Assembly: GCA_036676495.1 (NCBI GenBank)
Contig: JAKFCT010000025.1
Span: forward strand, 1 to 28,784
DNA length: 28,784 nt
Direction of reading: 5' to 3'
DNA from: Candidatus Sericytochromatia bacterium
Lineage (GTDB): Bacteria > Cyanobacteriota > Sericytochromatia > S15B-MN24 > UBA4093
Shown here: piece after piece, positions 1 through 8,887 of the stretch
Layout: each line of letters opens with the position of its first letter
Numbering within the stretch: position 1 is the stretch's first letter
Notes under the pieces: model-generated
The model's input: only the letters and a program-made list of their open reading frames with translations
What the model was told of the DNA's origin: nothing
The model's database searches: none
Program-made: the position numbers and the translations under genes

Positions 1-858
1 ATCCTCCGCGAGGAGGACGAGGACGGTCAGCTGACCCTGTCCAAGCGGCGCGTCGATCAGGCTCGCGGCTGGGTGCAGGCGGCCAAGGACTACGAGGAAG
101 AGAAGGTCATCAACGCCCGGGTCACCGGTGTCGTCAAGGGTGGCGTGATCGTGGATGCCTACAAGCTCCGCGGCTTCGTTCCTGCCTCGCAGCTCCGCAC
201 CAAGGGCTCGCACGAGGAGCTGGTCGGCACTGAGCTGCCGCTCAAGATCATCGAAGTGGATCAGCGCCGCAACAAGCTCATCCTGTCGCACCGCCAGGCG
301 GTCGCGGCCGAGAAGGGCAAGCTTCGCGCCGAGGTCCTCGCCACGCTCGAAGTGGGTCAGATCATCACCGGCAAGGTCGTCCGGATCGCCGACTTCGGCG
401 CCTTCATCGACCTGGGCGGCATCGACGGCCTGCTCCCGATCTCCGAGATCTCGTGGCAGCGCATTCAGCACCCCTCGAACGTGCTGAACATCGGCGACGA
501 GCTGACCCTCAAGGTCCTCAAGGTCGACCGCGAGGCCCACAAGATCTCCCTGTCGCTCAAGCAGCTTCAGGAGGATCCCTGGACCACCCTGTCCGATCGC
601 TACGCCGAGGGTCAGGTCATCCCCGGTCGCGTCACCAAGCTCGCCACCTTCGGCGCTTTCGTCGAGATCGAGCCGGGCGTCGAGGCTCTCCTTCCCACCG
701 CCGAGATGTCGGATCGTCAGGTTCGCCCTGAGGAGATCGTCGAGGTCGGTCAGGAGATCCAGGCCCTCATCAAGCGCTTCCGTCCCGAAGAGAAGCGGAT
801 CTCGCTCTCGCTTCGCGACCTGAACCGCGGTGAGTACGCCGACACGGATGAAGTCTAA
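1..858 (+). CDS. rpsA: 30S ribosomal protein S1 (5'-truncated by window edge)
   Basis: Frame 1 is open from base 1 (ILREEDEDGQLTLSKRR...). It contains the end of one S1 repeat and three full S1 repeats (KGGVIVD..LRGFVPASQL; DFGAFIDLGGIDGLLPISEISW; TFGAFVEIEPGVEALLP). TAA at 856-858. Confidence 0.95.
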   Translation: MLREEDEDGQLTLSKRRVDQARGWVQAAKDYEEEKVINARVTGVVKGGVIVDAYKLRGFVPASQLRTKGSHEELVGTELPLKIIEVDQRRNKLILSHRQAVAAEKGKLRAEVLATLEVGQIITGKVVRIADFGAFIDLGGIDGLLPISEISWQRIQHPSNVLNIGDELTLKVLKVDREAHKISLSLKQLQEDPWTTLSDRYAEGQVIPGRVTKLATFGAFVEIEPGVEALLPTAEMSDRQVRPEEIVEVGQEIQALIKRFRPEEKRISLSLRDLNRGEYADTDEV

Positions 859-2248
859 CGGCGGACTGATCACCAGCATCGAGCCCGGGGGCCTCGCAGA
901 GGCCGCCGGGCTTCGGCCTGGGGATACCTTGCAAGCTATCAACGGTTACGAGATCCTCGATCTGATCGACTACCGCTATCAGATCGCCGAGGAGACCGTC
1001 ACCCTGCGCGTCCTCCGCGGAGAAGAGACCCTCGAGCTCACCCTCTCCAAGGAGATCGATGAGGACCTGGGCCTGGAGTTCCAGGACGCGGTCTTCGACC
1101 GGATTCGCCCCTGCGCCAATAACTGCGTCTTCTGCTTCATCCACCAGCAGCCGGCCGGAATGCGTGAGTCCCTCTACGTCATGGACGATGATTACCGCCT
1201 CTCCTTCCTGCAGGGCAACTTCATCACCATGACCAACATGCCCGAGCGCGAATGGAAGCGGATCGAGGAGCTGAGGCTCTCCCCGCTCTACGTCTCGGTC
1301 CATGCCACCAACCCCGAGCTGCGGGCGCAGATTCTCAAGCAGCCCCTGGCCAAGCGCCTTTTTCAGCACCTCGATCGCCTGGCGAACGCCGGCATCCAGT
1401 TCCACGCCCAGGTCGTCCTGATCCCCGGGGTCAACGACGGAGCCGAACTCGACCGGACCATCCAGGAGCTCTCCGAGCGCTACTTGCCCGACCTTCTGAG
1501 CATCAACATCGTCCCGGTGGCGCTCAACCGCTTCCGCGAAGAACTCGGCTTGCCCGATCTGCAGGCCCCCACCCCCGAGTGGTGCGCCCGCATGATCGCC
1601 CAGGTCAAGCCCTGGCAGAAGCGCTTCAAGAAGGAATGGGAAGACCCCATCGTGCAACTCTCCGACGAGTTCTACGTCCTCTCGGGAGTGCCGCTTCCCA
1701 AGGCCAGCCACTACGGCGACTTCGACACCGTTCAGGACGGAGTCGGCGGCGCCGTCCTGCTCGGCTGGGAATGGAAGAAACTCGCCAAGAAGCTTCCCGC
1801 TCAGCTGGATAAGCCCCTCCAGGCGCAGATCGTCACCGGCAAGGCGGCCGCCCATATCGTCCAGCCGCTGGTCGACGACCTCGAACGGGTCGCCAACCTG
1901 GATGCCGAACTGGTTCCCACCCCCAGCCGCTTCTGGGGAGATCTCATCACCGTAACGGGGCTGCTGACCGGTCAGGATCTGATCGACGAGCCGCGCCTCC
2001 AGGCGGGCGTCGGAGAGATCTGGATCCCGGACATCATGCTCAAGGCCGGCACCGAGGTCTTCCTCGACGACAAGACGGTGAGCGAGGTCGAGAGTGCTCT
2101 GGATCGGCCGATCCGGGTGATGCCGACCACGGCCCAGGGCCTCTTCGACATGGTGGCGGGGACCCGCAAGGCCTCGCGCGAGGATACCCGGGCGCGCTTC
2201 GGCAACTACGAGCCGGCAGCCGCGGCCACGCGTCCCAGACGGGCCTGA
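848..2248 (+). CDS. PDZ + DUF512 radical-SAM-like Fe-S protein (TIGR03279-type)
   Basis: N-terminal PDZ-like segment (IEPGGLAEAAGLRPGD..INGY), CANNCVFCF cysteine motif, RESLYVMDDDYRLSFLQGNF, LYVSVHAT, NDGAELDRTI, QDGVG and VTGLLTGQD family motifs. ATG at 848 overlaps the rpsA end. Confidence 0.9.
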   Translation: MKSNGGLITSIEPGGLAEAAGLRPGDTLQAINGYEILDLIDYRYQIAEETVTLRVLRGEETLELTLSKEIDEDLGLEFQDAVFDRIRPCANNCVFCFIHQQPAGMRESLYVMDDDYRLSFLQGNFITMTNMPEREWKRIEELRLSPLYVSVHATNPELRAQILKQPLAKRLFQHLDRLANAGIQFHAQVVLIPGVNDGAELDRTIQELSERYLPDLLSINIVPVALNRFREELGLPDLQAPTPEWCARMIAQVKPWQKRFKKEWEDPIVQLSDEFYVLSGVPLPKASHYGDFDTVQDGVGGAVLLGWEWKKLAKKLPAQLDKPLQAQIVTGKAAAHIVQPLVDDLERVANLDAELVPTPSRFWGDLITVTGLLTGQDLIDEPRLQAGVGEIWIPDIMLKAGTEVFLDDKTVSEVESALDRPIRVMPTTAQGLFDMVAGTRKASREDTRARFGNYEPAAAATRPRRA

Positions 2249-2281
2249 CCTTCTTCACTCCAGACCTTCCAGGAGACGATC

Positions 2282-2596
2282 ATGCGACGATTCTTCCTTT
2301 CGGCGGCGATCGCCGTTTTTGCCGCACCAGCCCTGACCAGCCAGGCCCTGGCCGAGGAATTCTCCCTGTCGAAACCCCGGGTCTCCACCCCTTCGGTGGT
2401 GATTCCGTTTTCGGCGAAGGACTCCTTCGGCCAGCCTTTGGCCCCTGGGCCGGACGCCTTTCCGGGGGAGCCACGCGAGCAGAACGTCGAGTTCCAGATC
2501 CGGGGCGATGACAATGCGGGCGGGAGCTTTCCCGGCGTGACCGTCACGGCCACCCGGAGCGCCTATCCGTCCCCGACTCCGCTTTTCCGGCGCTGA
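2282..2596 (+). CDS. small secreted hypothetical protein (104 aa)
   Basis: AGGAG RBS. Sec signal MRRFFLSAAIAVFAAPALTSQALA. Fills the gap between flanking genes. Confidence 0.7.
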   Translation: MRRFFLSAAIAVFAAPALTSQALAEEFSLSKPRVSTPSVVIPFSAKDSFGQPLAPGPDAFPGEPREQNVEFQIRGDDNAGGSFPGVTVTATRSAYPSPTPLFRR

Positions 2597-2648
2597 GCGG
2601 GACGGCCCCATCCCCTCTTCCACCGCCTTCCACAAAGGACAACGTGCC

Positions 2649-3038
2649 ATGAAACTTCGCTATCTCGCTCCCCTGCTCGCGCTCTCCTTGGCGGGATGCT
2701 TCGACTCGCTGACGCTGTCGGACGTGCCCCCGGTCAGAGGGGCGGTTGAGGTGGATGTGGCGGTCGCGCCAGGTCTCCTGCAGGGCAACCGGATCGATCA
2801 CCTGGTCACGATTGAGATCGAAGCGCATCACCCGAACGACGAGTTGGATACCTCCCACACGGAGAATTACCGCGGCGTCAACGTCAAAAAGGCGTTTTCG
2901 AGCGTTCCTCCCGTCAAGGCCCTGGTGACGGCCCGAGCCACCCGAGAGGGGACCAAGGTGGCGGAGGCCACGGCCTCGGTCACGGTCACCTCGTCGGCGA
3001 CCGCATCGGTCACGCTTTCCCTTTCGGCCGCCAACTAA
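2649..3038 (+). CDS. hypothetical lipoprotein, beta-rich (129 aa)
   Basis: AAGGA RBS. Lipobox LAGC after MKLRYLAPLLALS. Val/Thr-rich beta-type composition. Confidence 0.8.
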   Translation: MKLRYLAPLLALSLAGCFDSLTLSDVPPVRGAVEVDVAVAPGLLQGNRIDHLVTIEIEAHHPNDELDTSHTENYRGVNVKKAFSSVPPVKALVTARATREGTKVAEATASVTVTSSATASVTLSLSAAN

Positions 3039-3053
3039 GCATCAGGGGGCGAC

Positions 3054-3974
3054 GTGCCGCGCGCAAGGACTGACCTCGACGGCTTGCGGACCTCCCTGCG
3101 CCAGGTCCTGGCGCTGCCAGAGGCCACGCTGGACGCCGTCCTGGCCACCGTCATCGCCGGGGGCCACCTCCTGATCGAGGATGTCCCCGGAGTGGGCAAG
3201 ACCCTCCTGGCAAAGACCCTGGCCGCGGCCCTGGGGCTCGGTTTTCGCCGCGTCCAGTTCACTCCGGATCTCCTCGCGGGGGATCTGCTCGGGGCCTCCC
3301 TCTACGTGCCGGGAGACGGTAGCTTGCGCTTCGTGCCGGGTCCCGTCTTCACGCATGTCCTGCTCGCCGACGAGATCAACCGCGCTTCTCCCCGGACCCA
3401 ATCCGGCCTGCTGGAAGCCATGGAAGAGGCCCAGGTCTCGGTGGAAGGCCAAACGTATCCGTTGCCGGATCCCTTCTTCGTGATCGCCACCCAGAATCCG
3501 CTGACCTTCGAGGGGACCTTTCCGCTTCCCGAAGTTCAGCTCGATCGCTTCATGGCCACGGTCAGCCTCGGCTATCCCAGTTACGAGGACGAGTTCGCGC
3601 TGCTGGAGGGCCGGCACGGGGCGGCGGTCCCGATGCCGTCCTGGCCGAGCGAGGCGCTTATGGAGTGGAAGCGCGCCGCTAACGGCGTCCACGTCAGCCC
3701 GTCGCTCAGGGATTACTTGCTCGCCGTGGTGCGCGCGTCCCGCCTCTGGCCGGGCGTGAGGCTGGGGATCAGCCCGCGCGGCGCGCTCTCCTGGCAGGCG
3801 CTTGCCAAGGCCCACGCCGTCCTCAAGGGCCGTGACTTCCTCACTCCGGACGACCTCAAGGCGACGGCGCCATGGGCGCTTCCCCATCGCTTGGTGCTGG
3901 AGGGCGAGGGATCCTTGCCTCGCAAGCGCCAGGTCCTCTTGGAGATTCTCGGGCAACAGCCCGTTCCTCGCTGA
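3054..3974 (+). CDS. moxR: MoxR family AAA+ ATPase
   Basis: GHLLIEDVPGVGKT (Walker A), RVQFTPDLL, LLADEINRA (Walker B), IATQNP, GTFPLPEVQLDRF, GISPRG. Confidence 0.95.
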   Translation: MPRARTDLDGLRTSLRQVLALPEATLDAVLATVIAGGHLLIEDVPGVGKTLLAKTLAAALGLGFRRVQFTPDLLAGDLLGASLYVPGDGSLRFVPGPVFTHVLLADEINRASPRTQSGLLEAMEEAQVSVEGQTYPLPDPFFVIATQNPLTFEGTFPLPEVQLDRFMATVSLGYPSYEDEFALLEGRHGAAVPMPSWPSEALMEWKRAANGVHVSPSLRDYLLAVVRASRLWPGVRLGISPRGALSWQALAKAHAVLKGRDFLTPDDLKATAPWALPHRLVLEGEGSLPRKRQVLLEILGQQPVPR

Positions 3975-6379
3975 TGCTGCGCATCCGCCTCACGTTCAAG
4001 GGTGCGATCACGGCGTTCCTCGCCTTGCTCTCCTTTCTCGTGGGCGGGGCCCTGCAACATCCCTACCTGAACCTGAGCGGATACGCCCTGATGACGGTCC
4101 TTCTCGTGGGAGGAGCCATGGGGACCTTCGCCGTGCGCGGGGTACGGATCCGGGGCGTGGCACAGCGCCGGGAGCCGACGGCCGAGGCAGACGTCTGGGT
4201 CAGCCTGGAGGCCCGCCGTGACCTGGGCCCCTTCGGGCTCGACCTCGACGGCAATCCGGGTCGGGAGGTCCTCGTGAGGGCTCCCGATCGGGTCGGCCAT
4301 GCCTTTCGCCTCACCCACGCTCCGGAGCGGCTGACGCTTCGTCTGAGAGCGCTGCCGCTCGGGCTGGTGGAGGTCATGCGCGTGGCTGTAGTCACCTGGC
4401 TCGATCCCGCTGTGGGCGAAGCGGGCCTCGTCCGCGCTATCGGGCCAGCGCCAGGCGTGGCGGATCCGGACGGTCAGGTGCGCGAGCATCGTCAGGGCGA
4501 AGGGATGCGCCAGGTCCATTGGCCGCTCAGCGCGCGTTTGCAGCGCCTGGTCGTGAGGATGCGGGAGCGCGAACCGGAGCCGCTTTCGCGTCCGGCGGCG
4601 GCATGGACCGCGGGAGTGGGGGGGAGCCGCGACGTTCGCCTCGATCATGCGCGCGCGTTCACGCTGGCGGCGACGCTGGGGGCGATCGCCTTTCTCTGGC
4701 AGCAGGGGGCGCTGGCGCTCGGGGCGGTCGTGAGCCTCGTCCCGCTCGTGGTCGTGGGAGGCCTCTTCAGCCTGCGCCGGGCGGGATCGCCCTCGAAGCC
4801 CTTGCTCATGGCCCTCTACGTGGGCATCCTGGCAATCTTGGCGTGGTTCGTGTCGGACCTGCGCGAGCACGTCCTCTCCCGAGGCCCCATTGCCCTCACG
4901 GTGGTGGGCATCGCGGCGCTCTTCGCCTGGGACCTTCGCGATCGCCCCTATATCCGCGCCCAGCTCTTTCTGGTCACGTTTGCTTCGCTCCTCCTTCCTG
5001 CGTTCTTTGCACCGCGCGACGGCCAGGGCTCGGGGCTCGCTTTCGCGGGGCTCATGATCGCGCTCTTGCTCGCGGCCTGGGCGGAAGGGCGCCATGCGAT
5101 CGGTGCGACGCACATCAGGCTTTCCGAACTCGGCTCGCTGACGTCCGCGATCCTGCCGCTGGGCTTCTTTGCCGCGATGGTGCTCCTGTTGCATCCCTGG
5201 CTTCCGGCCGTTCCGTTGCCGAGCTTGCCGTCATTCGGCTTGTCGCCGGTCCGGTCGGCAACGGAGGATGGGAAGGCTCGCATGCCGGGCCAGGAGGGGC
5301 GACTCGACCTGGATAGCCGCTGGCCCCAGGGCAGTGCGCCGGTCCTCGAGGTCCGGTCGCGGGACGCGCGGATGCGGGCCGAAGTCTTCGACACCTACCG
5401 CCAGGGCGCATGGTCGGCAAGCCCGAGAGCGGTGGTCGCCTGGCCCTCGGGGACCGGGGCCGAAGGCTGGGTGCGCGTCACGTTGCGCGCGGACGCCATG
5501 CGCGTGCTGCCGTTGCCGCCGGGCGCGGAGGGCGTCCGTGACGCCCTGCTCGATCCGCAGCGGCACGCGGACGGCACTTTTCGGTTGAGCCGCCCCGCCT
5601 GGATCGGGTACTCCTATGAGACCCAGAGGGCCGGGACCCAGAGGGCCGGGACCCAGAGGGCCGAGGACCGGGACGGCGAAGAGCCGCCGCCGATCCCGTC
5701 GGAGCGCCAGACGGAAGGGAGTCCCCGCGAACTCGAGGCGATCGCCAAGCGACTCGCGGGCGATGCCTCCACGCCCCTCGAGGCCCTGGAACGGATCGCG
5801 CAGCACCTGCAAACCGAGATGCGCTACGACCTCCAGGCGCCGGAGGCCGTGGCCGGGGTGGATCCGGTCCTCTACTTCTTGCGCGATTCGCGGCGCGGCT
5901 TCTGCGTGCACTTCGCGAGCGCGCTCGCCCTGCTCGGGCGGGAGATCGGAGTGCCGACCCGCGTCGTCGGCGGCTATGCGGGTGGGCATCAGGCGGGAGA
6001 CGTGACGGTCTTCGACGAGCGACACGCGCATGCCTGGGTGGAGGCTTACGTGGACGGCCGTTGGATCACGCTGGATCCCACGCCGGGGGGAACGTTCATG
6101 CTGGGGCGCAGCGCGGATCACGGACGGATCGCGCTGGCGTTGGCCTTGCTGGGGGGAGTGGGGCTGGCGCTTTGGCGTCGCCGCCGGGAGCCCGAGCTCG
6201 TGAGCCGGTATCGCCGCATGCTGGAGCGCCTCCGGAAGGCGGGAGTCCCCGTCACGGAGGCGACCACGCCGCGCGAGGCGCTGGACTTGGCCCGCGAGAG
6301 CCTGGATGCAGGCGCGTGGGAGGAGTTCAGGGACCTGGTGGAGCGGTACGAGGCGGCGCGATTCGGCGGATCGGTTTAG
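3974..6379 (+). CDS. fused DUF58-like / multi-TM (DUF3488-like) / transglutaminase-like protein (801 aa)
   Basis: TGATG overlap with moxR stop gives ATG at 3974. DUF58 motif VREHRQGEGMRQVHWPLSARLQRLVVR, several TM helices, and transglutaminase triad GFCVHFA / HAWVE / LDPTP. Ends in a TM helix and a DUF4129-like tail (TPRE...YEAARFG). Confidence 0.88.
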   Translation: MLRIRLTFKGAITAFLALLSFLVGGALQHPYLNLSGYALMTVLLVGGAMGTFAVRGVRIRGVAQRREPTAEADVWVSLEARRDLGPFGLDLDGNPGREVLVRAPDRVGHAFRLTHAPERLTLRLRALPLGLVEVMRVAVVTWLDPAVGEAGLVRAIGPAPGVADPDGQVREHRQGEGMRQVHWPLSARLQRLVVRMREREPEPLSRPAAAWTAGVGGSRDVRLDHARAFTLAATLGAIAFLWQQGALALGAVVSLVPLVVVGGLFSLRRAGSPSKPLLMALYVGILAILAWFVSDLREHVLSRGPIALTVVGIAALFAWDLRDRPYIRAQLFLVTFASLLLPAFFAPRDGQGSGLAFAGLMIALLLAAWAEGRHAIGATHIRLSELGSLTSAILPLGFFAAMVLLLHPWLPAVPLPSLPSFGLSPVRSATEDGKARMPGQEGRLDLDSRWPQGSAPVLEVRSRDARMRAEVFDTYRQGAWSASPRAVVAWPSGTGAEGWVRVTLRADAMRVLPLPPGAEGVRDALLDPQRHADGTFRLSRPAWIGYSYETQRAGTQRAGTQRAEDRDGEEPPPIPSERQTEGSPRELEAIAKRLAGDASTPLEALERIAQHLQTEMRYDLQAPEAVAGVDPVLYFLRDSRRGFCVHFASALALLGREIGVPTRVVGGYAGGHQAGDVTVFDERHAHAWVEAYVDGRWITLDPTPGGTFMLGRSADHGRIALALALLGGVGLALWRRRREPELVSRYRRMLERLRKAGVPVTEATTPREALDLARESLDAGAWEEFRDLVERYEAARFGGSV
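5621..5663 (+). repeat. in-frame 15-bp tandem repeat, about 3 copies (ACCCAGAGGGCCGGG; TQRAG)
   Basis: Read directly: two perfect copies plus 13 bp of a third. Confidence 0.9.
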
Positions 6380-6478
6380 CGCCCGCGGCTGTTGCGTAAG
6401 GCAGCGAGCGTTAGCCGTGAATGGCATGAACAGGGCCTTAATTTCAAAGCTCGCTGACCTGTAGCAACGTTTTGCGCT
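6376..6478. repeat. dispersed short element copy 1; long imperfect hairpin between convergent genes
   Basis: Shares TTAGCGCCCGCGGCT (6376-6390) and GCTGACCTGTAG.AACG (6453-6469) with 12529-12577. Internal pairings AGCGC/GCGCT, GTTGC/GCAAC and CAGCGAGC/GCTCGCTG. Confidence 0.7.
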
Positions 6479-8887
6479 CTAGAACACCCAGGGCTGGTTG
6501 AAGCGGAAGGAAAGTCCCAGGAGGTGCCGGTTGGCCCAGTCCGGGTAGCGGGTGTTCTTATAGAGGTTCACCTTGTAGCTGATGGCCGTGATCTTCGTGA
6601 GCGGGATGACGAGCTCGAACTCGGAGTCGGTGAGCAGGCCGTCCTTCTCGAAGTCGAGCGTGCTGAAGAGCTTCAGGTCCTCGCGCAGCGAGAAGTAGCC
6701 GAAGTCGCGCTTCCAGAGCAGGCCGAGGGTCGCACCGGTACGGTCCGGCTGCTGGTCGCGGTCGAGGAAGTGGCGGCGGTGTTCGATACCTTCCCGGATG
6801 GTGAGGCCCATCCAGGAGAGGTCATGGCTGAGGCCTCCGCCGAGCTGTCCGAGGAAGTACTTGGGGGACTTGTCCTGGACGAAGCGGGTGGTCATGGTGA
6901 GGTTGACGAAGGGCCGGGTCGCGGCCAAGAGCACGTCCGCCTGGTAATCGCTGGAGAACTGGATGCGGTCCGAGGAGATCTGGGTATTGCCGTCGGCCAG
7001 CTGATCCGTGCGGTAGGAGAGGGCGAGGCCGTGCTTGACGTCGTGGATGCCCCAGGTGGCGCCCAGCTTGAAGTCCATGTCGCCGCCGTAGGCGAAGCCT
7101 GAGCGATCGCCCTTCCAGGAGAGGTCCGGGTACTTGTCGCCGGCTTTTTCGACCGCTCGGCGGGTCATGTCCATGTTGAGGACGAGGGTCGAGCGCCAGA
7201 AGGGGATCTGGGTGAAGTCGGGGAAGGACCTGAGGGAGACCTTCTTGCCCAGGGCTCCCTGGACCCGGAGGAAGTTGAGGACGCTCTGGCGGACGGTGAA
7301 CGGGTAGCGGCGCATCTCCTCGTTGAGGAGGTCCGTGAGGCCCGCGACCTTGCCTTGCGCGACGGGAAGCGGCACGGCCACCAGGTAGAAGTTATCGGAC
7401 TTGATGGGCCGCCCGTTCAGGCGGGCCTCGTCGCCCACCATGCTGAGCCCCGCCGAGAAGAGCTTGGGGCGCGTTCCCTTCGTCTGGGAGGCGAGCGTCG
7501 TGAGCACGGAGCCCTTGACCTGGATGGAGACCAGCGGGTCCTCCCAGGGCATCAGGTAGTAGAGCGCGCGGGCGCTGGCGACCTCGCCGAAGGCTCCTCC
7601 GTCGTGGAAGTGGGAGCGCGGGATCAGGCTGGCTTCGCTGCGGGCCGTTCCGCGCATGATGTTGGCGACCATCTGCATGGCCTCGTTGGCGCTGAGCGGG
7701 CCTTCGAGCTCGGCGGCCTTGCCGTTGTCGCGCTTCCAGGCCTCGGAGACGTTGCGACGCGCGTCGAAGGTCAGCGTGACGATCTCGGGAGCCTTGGTCA
7801 TGAGGCTCCAGGCGGGAATCAGGTCTTCCTCCAGGCGCAGGAGATCGGGCTCGATCCGTGCAATCCGGTAGCGGCCTCCAGGACTCTGATCGAGGGTGAG
7901 GCGGGCTTTGCCGAGCATGGTGCCGTAGCCTCCGGCGTGCAAGGCGCGCTTGCCGTCGATGCCCGCGACCTGGTGGACGGCGATGTCCTTGGGGTCGGTG
8001 CTGTTGAAGCCTCCGACGACCATGTCGATACCGGAGTCCGCGCTCAGGAGGGGCATTTCCTGGTCGAGGCTGAGGTGCGTGAGCGCGATGATCAGGTCGG
8101 CCTGATCCTGCTCTTGGATGATCTTGACCCACTTGGTGGCGGCCTCGCCGGGGTTCTGGAAGATCAGGTGGTCGGCCTCGTCGACGTTGAGGTAATCGCG
8201 CGAGCGGGTGTCCGTTAGGCCCAGGACGGCGATCCGGAGGCCGTCGCGCTCGAAGATCGCGTAGGGCTTGGCCAGGGGCTTGCCGGTCTTCTTCTCGAGG
8301 ACGTTGGCGAGGACGACCGGGAACTTGGCTTCCTGGATGCGGGCCTTCAGGGCGGCGATGCCGTAGGAGAAGTCGTGGTTGGAGGGCAGCCAGGCATCAT
8401 AACCCATGCGGTTGAGGGCCTCGACGATGGCTTTGCCCTGGGTATGCGCGCTGGTGGCTCCGGGGCCCAGGATGTTGCCCGCGCTCAGGACGAGCGTGGG
8501 GATGCCGGCTTCACGGGCCTCGACGATGGCCACGGCCTGCCGGGGGAGGCCCCCGATGGTCTTCGGCAGGGCGGAGTAGGGGTCGACCGTGACGGGCTCG
8601 AGGATCCCGAAGGTGTCGTTGGTGTGAAGGACGAGCACGCTCTTGGGCTTGGGGACGAGTACCGTGCCCAGCGGCTCGGGTTCGGGCGAGACGTCGAGCG
8701 ACGGGCTGGCCTCGGGGGCCTCCGTCGAGGGGCTCGCCAAGGTGACGGCTGAGGAGGCGCTGGCCGGGATGGCCGCCGGGAGCGAGGCGGAGGCGTCCGC
8801 CGATGGGGTCGCCGGAGTGCTCGCAGCCGCGGGGGGGGCGAAGGCGAGGGTTGCGAGCAGCAGGCAAGTCCCGATCAGGACATGCAC
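6479..8887 (-). CDS. secreted 5'-nucleotidase-like protein (degenerate active site) fused to a predicted C-terminal outer-membrane beta-barrel (802 aa)
   Basis: GGAG RBS with GTG start, signal peptide, Ala/Ser/Pro linker. UshA-like motifs LHTNDTFG, SAGN, SNHDF, FPVVLANV, ALTHL, VVGGF, then a 5'-nucleotidase C-domain-like region. Last ~240 aa are alternating amphipathic strands ending in WVF. Confidence 0.85.
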   Translation of the reverse strand: MHVLIGTCLLLATLAFAPPAAASTPATPSADASASLPAAIPASASSAVTLASPSTEAPEASPSLDVSPEPEPLGTVLVPKPKSVLVLHTNDTFGILEPVTVDPYSALPKTIGGLPRQAVAIVEAREAGIPTLVLSAGNILGPGATSAHTQGKAIVEALNRMGYDAWLPSNHDFSYGIAALKARIQEAKFPVVLANVLEKKTGKPLAKPYAIFERDGLRIAVLGLTDTRSRDYLNVDEADHLIFQNPGEAATKWVKIIQEQDQADLIIALTHLSLDQEMPLLSADSGIDMVVGGFNSTDPKDIAVHQVAGIDGKRALHAGGYGTMLGKARLTLDQSPGGRYRIARIEPDLLRLEEDLIPAWSLMTKAPEIVTLTFDARRNVSEAWKRDNGKAAELEGPLSANEAMQMVANIMRGTARSEASLIPRSHFHDGGAFGEVASARALYYLMPWEDPLVSIQVKGSVLTTLASQTKGTRPKLFSAGLSMVGDEARLNGRPIKSDNFYLVAVPLPVAQGKVAGLTDLLNEEMRRYPFTVRQSVLNFLRVQGALGKKVSLRSFPDFTQIPFWRSTLVLNMDMTRRAVEKAGDKYPDLSWKGDRSGFAYGGDMDFKLGATWGIHDVKHGLALSYRTDQLADGNTQISSDRIQFSSDYQADVLLAATRPFVNLTMTTRFVQDKSPKYFLGQLGGGLSHDLSWMGLTIREGIEHRRHFLDRDQQPDRTGATLGLLWKRDFGYFSLREDLKLFSTLDFEKDGLLTDSEFELVIPLTKITAISYKVNLYKNTRYPDWANRHLLGLSFRFNQPWVF

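Noticed and set aside
6378-6478. SRP RNA, 6S RNA, tRNA or integron attC interpretation of the hairpin
   Set aside because: No SRP helix-8 motif, too short for 6S, no cloverleaf. GTTAGCC is present but not arranged as terminal RYYYAAC...GTTRRRY, and there is no integrase or cassette array.
6479-8887. Pseudogene call for the degenerate nucleotidase
   Set aside because: The ORF is uninterrupted for 802 aa with RBS, signal peptide and normal codon usage. The visible changes are substitutions at motif residues.
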